Under the pieces are notes generated by a model. The model was not told the DNA's origin and made no database searches. It saw only the letters and a list, made by a program, of their open reading frames with translations. A program made the position numbers and the translations under genes. A DNA stretch of 64,000 nucleotides from Candidatus Latescibacterota bacterium (GTDB taxonomy: Bacteria > Latescibacterota > UBA2968 > UBA8231), in contig OZ220089.1 of the NCBI GenBank assembly GCA_964291625.2, positions 512,001 through 576,000 on the forward strand. The letters are read 5' to 3'. How positions within the stretch are numbered: position 1 is the first letter of the stretch; each line of letters opens with the position of its first letter. Below, piece by piece: positions 1-9,248 of this stretch.

Positions 1-1
1 T

Positions 2-2980
2 GCAAAACCTCCATCCGACCAGCATGCTGTCCGAATCTGGGCAAGGCTGTGGGCGCAACTGACGAGATCAGATCAACCGGAGAATTGGGCGACCGTGGAG
101 TCACCTGCCGCCTGGAGGCACGCGGACCAAGCAATCCACCAGATCCAAACTTGGCTCGCACATCTGAAACAGGTGCATAGCGGCACGCCACCCGCGTGGA
201 CACGCATCTTCGAGCATCAACCAGGCCCGGCACACGTCCCATATGGCACTGACGAGAGAACATTCCCACTCTATTGGGCCTCCACAAGCGGAACTGTCCC
301 GGTCGGCCTGCCGAAGGCCAGGGCCGGGGGCTATCAGCCCGGTGAAGACACCCCGCTGATCCCCGAAGACGAACTTCTAGACAGGATTCCACAGCTGCGA
401 AGACTTCGAAGCCAATCCGGTCACATCCTCTATGAGATGGTGGAGTTCGAGGCGCCGGACCGGGAACGTCAAGTCCGTGGCCTCTGGAAGGAACACCTCG
501 ATCACCTGCAGCAACACGGCCTAATCGCTGACTTCGGTAACAACGTGGATGACGTGTTCATCCTGATGCCAGACTGGAAGCATGCGGCGCTCAAGAGAAC
601 GCGTATTCTCGATCGCGACGTCATGATGATTCGGAGATGCAGCCCGATGCGACAGGATCCCGTCCCGGGCTCCTCTACCCGGGTAGGATCCACGCGCTAC
701 CCGGATCTTCCGCTGCGTTCGGACTATCTCGATCTCGTGCGGACTGACACCCGAAGGACAGTCCTCGATCTCCTGAAAGAGGGCGCCCCGCTCAACCCCG
801 GGGAGTTCGAACCGGCGATTGACGATACTCATCAGGGAAGGTCCGCTACCTGGACGCTGCGACTGAAGGGCCGCCAAGATCCGCTGACAATCTCGCTTCC
901 CGTTGGGCCCGAGAATGAGAATCACCAAGCGCATTGGATGGTCTGGCCTCGGTTTCGATCGAGTAGTAGCCAATTCTGGCGTTCCTACTACGTCTATGAG
1001 CGTTGCACGGATGCACGCCTACGGTTGGAGACGCTGTGGTTGGACCCCGAGTCCAATCGCGTGCATCGATCTGATGTACAGGATCGATCCGGACCACATC
1101 CAGTCCGTTTCGATGCACGGGGAGGCACCCGCGCCCACACCGGCGGACCACCCCTCGCCTTCAGCGTCCGGGACACAGTGTCCGAAGACGAGATCGGCCT
1201 TTACCTGATTCCTCTCACGCCGGTGGCGCCGAACGACAACGATCTACGGATCGGGATCGATTTCGGGACATCACATACCGTCGCATCGCTCCTGACGGGA
1301 GGCGAGCCATCGGTCGTCCAACTCGCTGCCGAACTCGACCCCGCCAACGCGGAGACGGCGTTGACACTTCATGTCAGCGAGGATTGGTCCCACGTGACGG
1401 CATCGTTCGACCAAGATGGACTGTCGGCGTTAGGTGTCTGGCTGCCCAACTACGTGCAGTCGGTGGCCCCGGACGCCAGGGGATTGCTTCCTTCGGAGTT
1501 GCTCTCCCTACTTCCTCTGGCCAGGGTGAACGCCGAGGAAGTGGCCGGGTGGCAGCCCGGGTATGACTGTGTAATCCCCCCTATGGACATGCAGCGCCCT
1601 GACATCGCCGACCACATCCTGGCGGACTTCAAGTGGGATGCCTCGTTTCCCGCATTCCATGGGTGGGAACCTCTGCTGCGCGAAATCTATCTTGGGATGG
1701 TCGTCGAGTTGGTGATGGCTGATGTCGTCTGGCGCCGACGCGCTATACCCTCTCAACCTGTCGACTTCACCTTCACCTACCCCCTCCGCACGCAGCCAAC
1801 CGAGTTGAGTAGCTTCGAAGAGATGCTTCGCCGCCTGCTTGAGAACAGCAGTCGAAGTCTCGGCTGCAAGCTCATCTTGCGCGGCGAAACCGGTACCTAC
1901 AACGAGTCTCGTGCCGCAAAGGGAGGCACTGGCAATTTTGGGGAGGTCAGTCTGGTGGGTGATCTTGGTGGCGGGACGCTCGATCTCTTCATCTCGGCAA
2001 ATCCCCTCCCGGGTGTCAGGTTTCAGGAAGTCGCCGACAGCGCCAAGCTCGGAGGCAACCTGCTCCTGCGGACCTTTGCCCGGAACCCCCAGAGGTTCCT
2101 TCCTGAAAACGCCGGCTGGAGGTTCGATGACCCAGAAGGACTGGAGACCCAGCTCCGCGCTTGGATGCGATCCAAGGGGTCGCGGGACTTGTTCGGCGAA
2201 GGTGCTGGTGACCAGATCGTGTATCGCGGGTTGGACCTTCGGGGCTTCGACCAACCCTCACAGGCGGACCCGGCGCGTCGCCTCATCAGCCGCTACTTCC
2301 AGTTGATCGCCGAATACATGGCCCGCAGCCTTGTCGCGTTTCTGGCACGTGACTGGTACCGGCAAGCTCCGCCGCACCATCATGACAAGCTCAAAATTCT
2401 CGTGCAGCTTCGCGGCAACGGCTGGCGGCTCTGGCATGACGCTGTCGAATACAGACGCATCGAAGAGGAAGTCGGGGGACGGATCGAGAGCCGGGCGCGG
2501 TTCCTGTGGCAGGATCCTGGGCTGTGGAACCTGGCTTCTCCTCCGGGCCTTCCGAACGGAGCCTGGGCGGCTCGAGACACAGGTGACGCGAATCCGAAGA
2601 CCGCGCCGATTCTGGCCGCCGTCGGTCAGGCTGAATCGCGCCAGGATGCCGAGCGCTTCAAATCGCACACGCTGGTCCAGCTCGACTTGCTCCATGCGGG
2701 GTCCAGCCCTGATCCCGTCCCCTGGTTCAGTTCGGACCGGTTCAAGACTGGCGGCAAGACGACCCAGGTTGAGATCAACGCAGTTGAGCCGCCCCTGCCT
2801 CTGAGTCCTCATGATGTTGAAGCATCAATCGACGATTTCGAAGACCAACTCAAAGCCGAGGTCAACCGCAAGCTCCGAGAAGAAGGTTCCTTCCCGAACG
2901 AGGTCGAGTTCCGGGCACCTGTGGCCCCGATTGTCTGGGAAGCGGCGTTCAAGTGCAGGCAGTTCCTGGGCAATGATTGA
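2..2980 (+). CDS. Large actin/Hsp70-fold ATPase-like protein (SrfB/DnaK-like), 5'-truncated by the window edge
   Basis: Frame is open from position 2, upstream of the GTG at 95. Phosphate-1 motif IGIDFGTSHT and phosphate-2 motif LVGDLGGGTLDL; also LADFKW, FTFTYP and NESRAA elements. Confidence 0.75.
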   Translation, partial: AKPPSDQHAVRIWARLWAQLTRSDQPENWATVESPAAWRHADQAIHQIQTWLAHLKQVHSGTPPAWTRIFEHQPGPAHVPYGTDERTFPLYWASTSGTVPVGLPKARAGGYQPGEDTPLIPEDELLDRIPQLRRLRSQSGHILYEMVEFEAPDRERQVRGLWKEHLDHLQQHGLIADFGNNVDDVFILMPDWKHAALKRTRILDRDVMMIRRCSPMRQDPVPGSSTRVGSTRYPDLPLRSDYLDLVRTDTRRTVLDLLKEGAPLNPGEFEPAIDDTHQGRSATWTLRLKGRQDPLTISLPVGPENENHQAHWMVWPRFRSSSSQFWRSYYVYERCTDARLRLETLWLDPESNRVHRSDVQDRSGPHPVRFDARGGTRAHTGGPPLAFSVRDTVSEDEIGLYLIPLTPVAPNDNDLRIGIDFGTSHTVASLLTGGEPSVVQLAAELDPANAETALTLHVSEDWSHVTASFDQDGLSALGVWLPNYVQSVAPDARGLLPSELLSLLPLARVNAEEVAGWQPGYDCVIPPMDMQRPDIADHILADFKWDASFPAFHGWEPLLREIYLGMVVELVMADVVWRRRAIPSQPVDFTFTYPLRTQPTELSSFEEMLRRLLENSSRSLGCKLILRGETGTYNESRAAKGGTGNFGEVSLVGDLGGGTLDLFISANPLPGVRFQEVADSAKLGGNLLLRTFARNPQRFLPENAGWRFDDPEGLETQLRAWMRSKGSRDLFGEGAGDQIVYRGLDLRGFDQPSQADPARRLISRYFQLIAEYMARSLVAFLARDWYRQAPPHHHDKLKILVQLRGNGWRLWHDAVEYRRIEEEVGGRIESRARFLWQDPGLWNLASPPGLPNGAWAARDTGDANPKTAPILAAVGQAESRQDAERFKSHTLVQLDLLHAGSSPDPVPWFSSDRFKTGGKTTQVEINAVEPPLPLSPHDVEASIDDFEDQLKAEVNRKLREEGSFPNEVEFRAPVAPIVWEAAFKCRQFLGND

Positions 2981-3815
2981 CTCCCGACTCTGGGGTGGGT
3001 ATCTCCTGGGCATAGTCACGGTGCTCGCCCTGAACCTCTACGACTCCTTCTCCCCTACATGGCGGATTGCTGCGCTGGCTGTGGCCGCGGTAGCCGGACT
3101 TGGCCTATTGCTCGCCAGTCTCCTTCGCGGCCGCATGCAACGCCCCCGCCGCACCCCCGATGCACCGGAGGCGGCAGTGCCACCACCAGTTGCACCCCAT
3201 CTTCACGACCGGCCGCTGGCGAGCGATTCAATCACTGCCGGCAGCCCCCCCCAAGCCCCCCCGGGTGCTGTCGCTGGTAGCCCAGTGCCGACCGGATCGA
3301 AGCCACCATCATCTCTATCTCCGGCATCTCAGAGCGAGGCAGAGCACGAAGACCAAGATCCCTCGCGCCAACATCCACCACCCGACTCCGCCAGTACTCT
3401 TGAGCCTTCGCCGGCGCCGTCAACCGAACCTGCGAGCGTTCCTCCCAAGCCGGCCACACCCGGTCATAGTGATCTGATCGATGCATGGCATCACTACTGG
3501 CGCGTTGGGGACGGCCACTTCAAGGCGGGAGGCTTGGAGAATCAGCTGACCGCAAGCGGCTTCACGGCCAAGGTCATTGACGGTGCCGAGGTAGGAGCTG
3601 GTGACCACGTGCTGATAGTCGACACCCAGTCCCCAGACAAACACTTCTTCGTACTTCCCAGTTTCGCGAGATCGCCTAGGTCCGTGCAGCACTGGTTTCA
3701 CGATCAGAGCGGAGGTGCCTTGACAGGCACGACGCGCCAAGTGAACAGTTTGGCCGTGGGCCGATGGACCGATTCCGGCGCGTTTGAAGTAGTGAAGAAG
3801 GGAGCCGTTTCCTAG
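2973..3815 (+). CDS. Membrane protein: two N-terminal TM helices, Pro/Ser-rich linker, small C-terminal globular domain
   Basis: ATG at 2973 overlaps the upstream stop. MIDSRLWGGYLLGIVTVLAL... hydrophobic pair, then a long P/S/A-rich tract. Confidence 0.7.
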   Translation: MIDSRLWGGYLLGIVTVLALNLYDSFSPTWRIAALAVAAVAGLGLLLASLLRGRMQRPRRTPDAPEAAVPPPVAPHLHDRPLASDSITAGSPPQAPPGAVAGSPVPTGSKPPSSLSPASQSEAEHEDQDPSRQHPPPDSASTLEPSPAPSTEPASVPPKPATPGHSDLIDAWHHYWRVGDGHFKAGGLENQLTASGFTAKVIDGAEVGAGDHVLIVDTQSPDKHFFVLPSFARSPRSVQHWFHDQSGGALTGTTRQVNSLAVGRWTDSGAFEVVKKGAVS

Positions 3816-3851
3816 TGAGATACCAATTGACACAGAGGGGGCACGACACCG

Positions 3852-4070
3852 ATGACCGTCAGTGACACACTTACAAGTCAAGTGGTCGCGACTTGTGTCG
3901 TCCTTGCCTCTCTCGCAGTTGCACTCTCCTTAGTTGTCTTGTCGGTAGTTCGCTGGCTGTGGATCCGTCACCGGCGTATTGCCTCCCTCACGACCGAGGA
4001 TTCGGTCTTACTGCTCCGAGAGGCACTTCGCTTGGCCGAGAGCATTCCGCGACTTACGGGGAAGCAGTAG
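3852..4070 (+). CDS. Small single-TM protein (72 aa)
   Basis: GAGGGG RBS-like sequence upstream; one long hydrophobic helix followed by basic RWLWIRHRR; fills the operon gap. Confidence 0.5.
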   Translation: MTVSDTLTSQVVATCVVLASLAVALSLVVLSVVRWLWIRHRRIASLTTEDSVLLLREALRLAESIPRLTGKQ

Positions 4071-4099
4071 GACACCTGTTCACGAAGGCGTGTGTGACG

Positions 4100-5470
4100 A
4101 TGATGCCAGGCAGATGCGGATGCCTCGAAGCTCTTGTCAGCCGGATTGTCCGGCGGGTGACCGTAGGGGCTGTGGTCCTGACGACGGCCTCCTGCAACGG
4201 CCCCGATGGAGAGCCTCTGAGGCATTTCGAGAGACCTGCCATTGCGATACCGCAGTGGAATGGAGTCCCGGCCCCACCGCCTCCACAGAAGCCCAGGCGG
4301 AAACCTTCAGCGATCGATGTTCACCTCGACATCTCAGCCCCGATGGTCGGCTTCCTGCCACCTGCGTCGAACCCCCAGGGTCCTTCGGTCCTACGTACCG
4401 CCGCGCAGAACGTGGCCAGTCATCTGTCCAGACTGTACGGCGGGGAGAGTGTCTCCATCCGCTGGCGGGCGGTGGGACACGAACTCCGCGATCTGTCAGG
4501 AATGCCCCGATTCGAGAGGTCCCTGTTCGACGGCCGCTGGAGCCGACTGGAACTGTCTATCGAGAGCATTCTCTCCGGCTTCCGCAGCGGACAGATCGAG
4601 GCCGCGGCGTTGGTCACCGACCTGATGGCGACCGGGGACATCACAGGGCCGCTGGCTGTGTCAAACGCTTTGTCTGACTGGCTGGCATCAAGTGACGTCC
4701 GTTCAGCGACCTTCCATGTGGGTCTCCTTGCAACGCGGGCAGATTACCGGGGTTGGCAACCGGAAGGGTGCTCCGAGAGAACCAGTGAGCTTGGGTGTGT
4801 CTACAACGAACGAACTGGGGCAATCACCCCTCTCGACGGAGTCGTGAAGATTCCCTTCTACGTGCTCGTCCTTGCCAGGGACTATGAGAAGGTCAAAGAG
4901 GCGATCGCGTCCGTGCGGCGGGGGATCGAGGAGCTCGAGCAGAGTCTCGAGATCAAGCACGAGATCCTGACAAGGAGATCAAGAGGCTTTGCCGATACAG
5001 TGCACTGCACAGCGAGTAAGCCAGGCGCCAACGGAGAGAGCACACGCCAATACGCCCTGTTTGCAGATAGCAGGGGAAACATGAAGTGCCGCAGAGGCGA
5101 AACGGTGGCTCTTTCCTGCAGTCTTCGGACCGATTGGGGATTGAGCTCGGCCTCTACGGCCTTTGCCGGAAACGGGGAGACGACGGGGCTGTCCCGTGCC
5201 GCTGACGTCCGCGGCCTAGGCCATCGGCTCGATCTGGACATTGACTGTGCGCGACTGCTGGAACTCTCCGAGCCCGTGGAGCTGGATCTAACCGATCTTG
5301 TTGGAGAAGTCACCCCTCGGTGGGAAGTCGACTGGGGTGACTGGTCGACCGAAATCGATGAGCTCGGAAAAACCCTCCAACTCGCAGGCTTCGTGCGAGA
5401 ACTGCGCATCGTTCCGGACAGCTACCGGATCGAGCTTCAGAAGCCCTTTCTCAGCTTTACGGCCCAATGA
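4100..5470 (+). CDS. Putative lipoprotein with degenerate vWA-like domain
   Basis: Signal peptide ending VVLTTAS-C (lipobox-like); DVHLDISAPM and LVTD MIDAS-like elements; stop overlaps the next ATG (ATGA). Start position uncertain. Confidence 0.6.
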   Translation: MMPGRCGCLEALVSRIVRRVTVGAVVLTTASCNGPDGEPLRHFERPAIAIPQWNGVPAPPPPQKPRRKPSAIDVHLDISAPMVGFLPPASNPQGPSVLRTAAQNVASHLSRLYGGESVSIRWRAVGHELRDLSGMPRFERSLFDGRWSRLELSIESILSGFRSGQIEAAALVTDLMATGDITGPLAVSNALSDWLASSDVRSATFHVGLLATRADYRGWQPEGCSERTSELGCVYNERTGAITPLDGVVKIPFYVLVLARDYEKVKEAIASVRRGIEELEQSLEIKHEILTRRSRGFADTVHCTASKPGANGESTRQYALFADSRGNMKCRRGETVALSCSLRTDWGLSSASTAFAGNGETTGLSRAADVRGLGHRLDLDIDCARLLELSEPVELDLTDLVGEVTPRWEVDWGDWSTEIDELGKTLQLAGFVRELRIVPDSYRIELQKPFLSFTAQ

Positions 5471-7107
5471 CTTGGATCGTCTACGCCGTTGTCCTAGTCG
5501 TACTTGCCTGCCAGTTTTGGTTGCTCAGGCGTTCCAAGGTCTTGGCGTGGCAGGATGATGCGGCGGCCTTTGATGGCCTACTGACTCGGTTCATCCCCGA
5601 TCTCCTCGACCGAGCGAAGCGCGGCGACGCTCCAGACTGGCTGCGCTACATGGACGATGCCGACAGAGTCTACGAAGGCAAGAGCGAAAAGCTGCGCGTC
5701 TACGCAACCGCGGCCCTCGTGGTCGGTATCGGCGGCACCATGGCCGCTCTCGCCCTCCATCTGTTGTTGACCGACACGAACGCCCAGTCTCTTGGTTCGC
5801 TGCTCGCGGCGATGGGATCGGCCCTGATCGCTAGCGGGTTAGGGGTCGGGAACAACCTGCTGATATCACTCTGGCTGCTTCCGGAGGCGGACAACCGATT
5901 CGCGACCTCGCTACGTCGCTTCAAGGATCAACTCCACGAAGCGAGCTCAGCGCATCCGCCGCAGGAGACGTTCGCCGAGGCAGTGAAGAGCCAGCTCGCC
6001 AATGCGTTCCGGGAGGCGGTTCAGAAGTTCCCCGAGGCGTTCGAACGACTGGATCAGCACGTTGCATCGCTTGCCTCACAGATCGAGCGTCAGGCCACCA
6101 CCGTTTTGTCCGCGGCCACCCAACTCCGGGAGAGTGCTGAAGGGCTGGCAGGCGCAGCCGCGGGAATCGCCCCGGCGGCAGACCGGCTGACGGTCGCTAC
6201 CGACCAGTTACGCGGCCTGCCGGAAGAGATCCGGACCACCCTCGAATCGAGCCGCGATGCGTGGGAGCAGGAGATTCGGAGCGGCCAGAGCGCCTTTATC
6301 GCTGGCGTTAAGGAAGTGTTGACCGAACATCAGGCGCTCCTCGAGAGCACCAGATCCGTCTTCCATGGCTGGGAAGAGAAGAGGAGAAGCGAAGCGGAGG
6401 AGGCGGAGAGAAGTCGACGGGAGTCCGATCTGCTGATTCGCAACGCCACCGCGGAGGTCGTTTCGACCGTCAACGCCCTGCCATCCACCTTCGCTACCGA
6501 GGTGGAGAGAGTGTCAAACACACTAGGCCGCCAGTTCGGCCTGGAGGCGCGGAACCATGTTCGGGATCTGGTGCAAAGGATCACCGATGAGAATGAGGCC
6601 TTGCGAGCACAGATCGATCGCGTGGCGACGGAGCTGCAGACCCGCTTTCTGAACAGCACCAGCGATGTCGTCTCCAAGACGCTTCAGGAGGTCTACCAGA
6701 ACGTCGAGAGCACACTCCTCACTTCCTTGGATGAGGTGGGTAGAGGACTCAGGGAAGCGTTGACAGAGCTGCCGAACAATGCCACGAGCTTCGCCCAAAG
6801 CCTGGCCGCAGCGGACGAGAGGATCCAGCAGGCGCTCAACGGCATCAAGGAGTCATCCGACCACCTTGCCAAAGTGGCTATGCTCACGGAGGGCCTTGAG
6901 ACCTCACTGACTTCCGCGCTCACAAGGGCAACGGCCGATGCCGTCGGACCGCTTCGCCAAGACGTGCAGGAGTTCGTCAGGGACCTGTCCCGAACACACG
7001 AACAATTGCATCAAACCCACACGCAGATCAATGGCATGGTCCAGAGTCTGATCGAGTTCATTCGCAGCCTCGTCGAACGGCTGGGTAATCGCGCCAATAC
7101 CCCTTGA
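5467..7107 (+). CDS. MotA/TolQ/ExbB-family (ZorA-like) proton-channel subunit with long helical tail
   Basis: Three TM segments, including VVGIGGTMAAL and MGSALIASGLG (ExbB/MotA-type), followed by ~400 aa of amphipathic or coiled-coil sequence. Confidence 0.7.
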   Translation: MTWIVYAVVLVVLACQFWLLRRSKVLAWQDDAAAFDGLLTRFIPDLLDRAKRGDAPDWLRYMDDADRVYEGKSEKLRVYATAALVVGIGGTMAALALHLLLTDTNAQSLGSLLAAMGSALIASGLGVGNNLLISLWLLPEADNRFATSLRRFKDQLHEASSAHPPQETFAEAVKSQLANAFREAVQKFPEAFERLDQHVASLASQIERQATTVLSAATQLRESAEGLAGAAAGIAPAADRLTVATDQLRGLPEEIRTTLESSRDAWEQEIRSGQSAFIAGVKEVLTEHQALLESTRSVFHGWEEKRRSEAEEAERSRRESDLLIRNATAEVVSTVNALPSTFATEVERVSNTLGRQFGLEARNHVRDLVQRITDENEALRAQIDRVATELQTRFLNSTSDVVSKTLQEVYQNVESTLLTSLDEVGRGLREALTELPNNATSFAQSLAAADERIQQALNGIKESSDHLAKVAMLTEGLETSLTSALTRATADAVGPLRQDVQEFVRDLSRTHEQLHQTHTQINGMVQSLIEFIRSLVERLGNRANTP

Positions 7108-7775
7108 GACGTGCACGCACCCCCCTGACGGCATGGCCGGCCTTCGCGGATCTCATGACGATTCTCGCGGTTGTCGGGCTCACCGCGGCGGTTCTCATCG
7201 TAACCATGGGTGACGAAGCGTGCGAGAAGCTGAAGGAGGAAATCGCCAAGCTGAGAGAAGAGAACGCACAACTGCAGGTCGAACTCGATGCCCGTGACTT
7301 AGAGATCGCCACGTTACGTGAGGTGAACGCGCAGAGGCAAGATTCGGTCGCCACGCTGAGCGCCAGGATTGACTCTTTGTCTGAGGTAGTTGCTGATCTC
7401 ATCATCGGCGCATCCCCATGTCTAGGCATGGACGGGAGTAACCCCAGGGTGCTACTCCGAATCGTAGTCAACAAGGGCTATCGGCTCGAAGCACGTTGGC
7501 CAAGGGACAGCAACCAGGTTGCGGAGATTCCATCGCTCCAGGATGCGGTTTCGATGGGTCAACTTGATTCCGACGCCTTTGAACAGTTCGCCAGCGCGAT
7601 TTACCACCATGGAGATGCCAAGGGTACCTTTGGTGGATCTTGCAGGTTCTTCGTCGAATTGGACAAGGATACAGATTCCTATCCTCGATTCGCACAGGCA
7701 GTAGGCGTGGTGAACCGCTATTTCCTGCTCGCCAACCCTTCGAAGGTCAACGGGATTCTCGCCGCCGGCAATTGA
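7104..7775 (+). CDS. MotB/ZorB-like single-TM subunit without a recognisable OmpA domain
   Basis: TTGA overlap with the upstream stop; WPAFADLMTIL motif with the conserved channel Asp; coiled coil; unknown Cys-containing C-terminal domain. Confidence 0.65.
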   Translation: MRRARTPLTAWPAFADLMTILAVVGLTAAVLIVTMGDEACEKLKEEIAKLREENAQLQVELDARDLEIATLREVNAQRQDSVATLSARIDSLSEVVADLIIGASPCLGMDGSNPRVLLRIVVNKGYRLEARWPRDSNQVAEIPSLQDAVSMGQLDSDAFEQFASAIYHHGDAKGTFGGSCRFFVELDKDTDSYPRFAQAVGVVNRYFLLANPSKVNGILAAGN

Positions 7776-8486
7776 GGATTGTGTTCTTTTCTAACACGCA
7801 GATGACTGGCCTTGCCCTGCTGCTGGCAGGTTCGATTCATGCCGAGACCTGGATGGGTCTTGAAGTCGAGGCGGAGAGTCGATGCTCGGCCTATAATCGC
7901 ACGCGGGACTATCCATACTCGCAATCCCTGGAGTTCGCGATATCGAAACGGATCGGAGGCATCCGGTGCCGGTACACGGGAAAGGTGTACCGCAGCCTTC
8001 GCCAGACCCACATAGAGCACGTGGTCGCGTTGAGTGAAGCCCATGACTCGGGCTTGTGTGCGGCGGATGCAGCAACGAAGCGTAGATTCGCCAACGACCT
8101 GCTGAACCTGACTCTCTCCGCTCCCGGCGTGAACTCCCAGAAGAGTGGGAAGGATGCCGGTGAGTGGATGCCCCAGATCGATCCCCGCGGGTTTGCGGAG
8201 ACGGTCATCCAGGTGAAGCTCAAATATGGATTGAGCATCGACCGGAGGGAGCGGGCAGCCCTCGAGAGAGCCTTGGACGGCCACCGGGTAGCGCCGCCCG
8301 ACTCCGTGGGAGTCCTGGCCGAGTTGCCCGAGGCGGAAGGGAGTCCTCTCGATCTGTGGGACGACAACGGCAACGGGAGAATCACCTGCGCGGAGGCTAA
8401 ACGCCACGGCATTGCCCCGGTGAGGCGGCCATCCGGCGTACGTCTACATGAGGGACGGTGACGGCGACGGGTGGGTCTGCGAGTAG
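7772..8486 (+). CDS. Secreted HNH (DUF1524/GmrSD-C type) nuclease with excalibur Ca-binding tail; frameshift near 8428
   Basis: TTG start overlaps the upstream stop; signal peptide; HIEHVVALSEAHDSG...FANDLLNL...NSQK HNH motif. DDNGNGRITCAEA continues as HPAYVYMRDGDGDGWVCE* in the +1 frame (8430-8486). Confidence 0.7.
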
Positions 8487-8519
8487 GGAGTGCCCCGTAT
8501 CGCACGGCAGGTGGGCGCT

Positions 8520-8670
8520 GACGACGACCCGATAGATCAGCAGTAGCACGCCCGTGACCTTGACGAGAGACAGGCCGAGCTTCGGAACCCAAGGAAGGGC
8601 CCGGTCCCGCCCGGCCAGCTGAGCCCCGATGGAAGGGGCCAGTCGCGCACCATCATCCGTGCCTCGATGG
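8520..8670 (-). pseudogene. Degenerate relic of the 3' end of an OpgC-like acyltransferase gene
   Basis: Encodes MVRDWPLPSGL and KLGLSLVKVTGVLLLIYR fragments matching MVRDWPLPSGLKFGLVLVGVTGLLLVVYR of the gene at 13318-14985; broken by a ~38-nt insertion. Confidence 0.7.
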
Positions 8671-8761
8671 TCGGGTCGAAGAGCTCCTGACCGAATCCGA
8701 CGTATCCCATGCGCGGGCGTCGGGCACCCGCCCCGCCCGATGGCCCTTGGCGCGGACTTTC

Positions 8762-8825
8762 CAACTAAGATTTTAGTTGACATGCACCCGGACGCCGGCT
8801 ATGTTCCCAACTAAATCCTTAGTTG
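8762..8825 (+). promoter_or_regulatory. Sigma70 promoter with two 18-bp palindromic BlaI-type operators
   Basis: CAACTAA-GATT-TTAGTTG (8762-8779) and CAACTAA-ATCC-TTAGTTG (8808-8825); TTGACA (8777-8782), 17-bp spacer, TATGTT (8800-8805); RBS AAAGGAG at 8826. Confidence 0.85.
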
Positions 8826-8840
8826 AAAGGAGCAGCCGGA

Positions 8841-9248
8841 ATGGCTGAGAGAGAGGGACCCGACAAGAGGCTGACCCCGCTCGAGACGCTGATCATGAAC
8901 GTCCTCTGGGACGATTCGCCCGCCGCCGTCCGGCAGGTCCAGCAGCGGCTGGAGTCGGTCAAGCCCATGGCCTACAACACCGTCCTGACCATGATGCGCA
9001 TTCTGCGGGAGAAGGGCTTCCTGGTCTCGGAGCGCGACGGACGGTCCGACCTCTACCGCCCGGTGGTGACCCGCCAGGACATGGCGCGGCGGTCCTTGGG
9101 CGACGTCATGGACTCCTTCTTCTCCGGCTCCGCCGAGGCGCTGGTGAGCCAGCTGCTCGACGGCCAGTCCCTTACAGAGGAGGAGCTGCGGTCGATCCGG
9201 GCCGAGCTGGACCGAGCTCTCCAGCGCAGAAGGGGGAGGCGGCGATGA
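8841..9248 (+). CDS. BlaI/MecI/CopY family transcriptional repressor
   Basis: LTPLETLIMNVLW...AYNTVLTMMRILREKGFL...YRP...FFSGSAEALVSQLL pattern; sits upstream of M56 peptidases. Confidence 0.93.
   Translation: MAEREGPDKRLTPLETLIMNVLWDDSPAAVRQVQQRLESVKPMAYNTVLTMMRILREKGFLVSERDGRSDLYRPVVTRQDMARRSLGDVMDSFFSGSAEALVSQLLDGQSLTEEELRSIRAELDRALQRRRGRRR

Noticed and set aside
3827-3851. TTGACA as an internal promoter
   Set aside because: No plausible -10 box at 16-18 bp spacing before the ATG.
5467-7775. Flagellar motAB or ordinary exbBD/tolQR
   Set aside because: The long helical tail, absence of flagellar or tonB/tol neighbours and island context do not fit.
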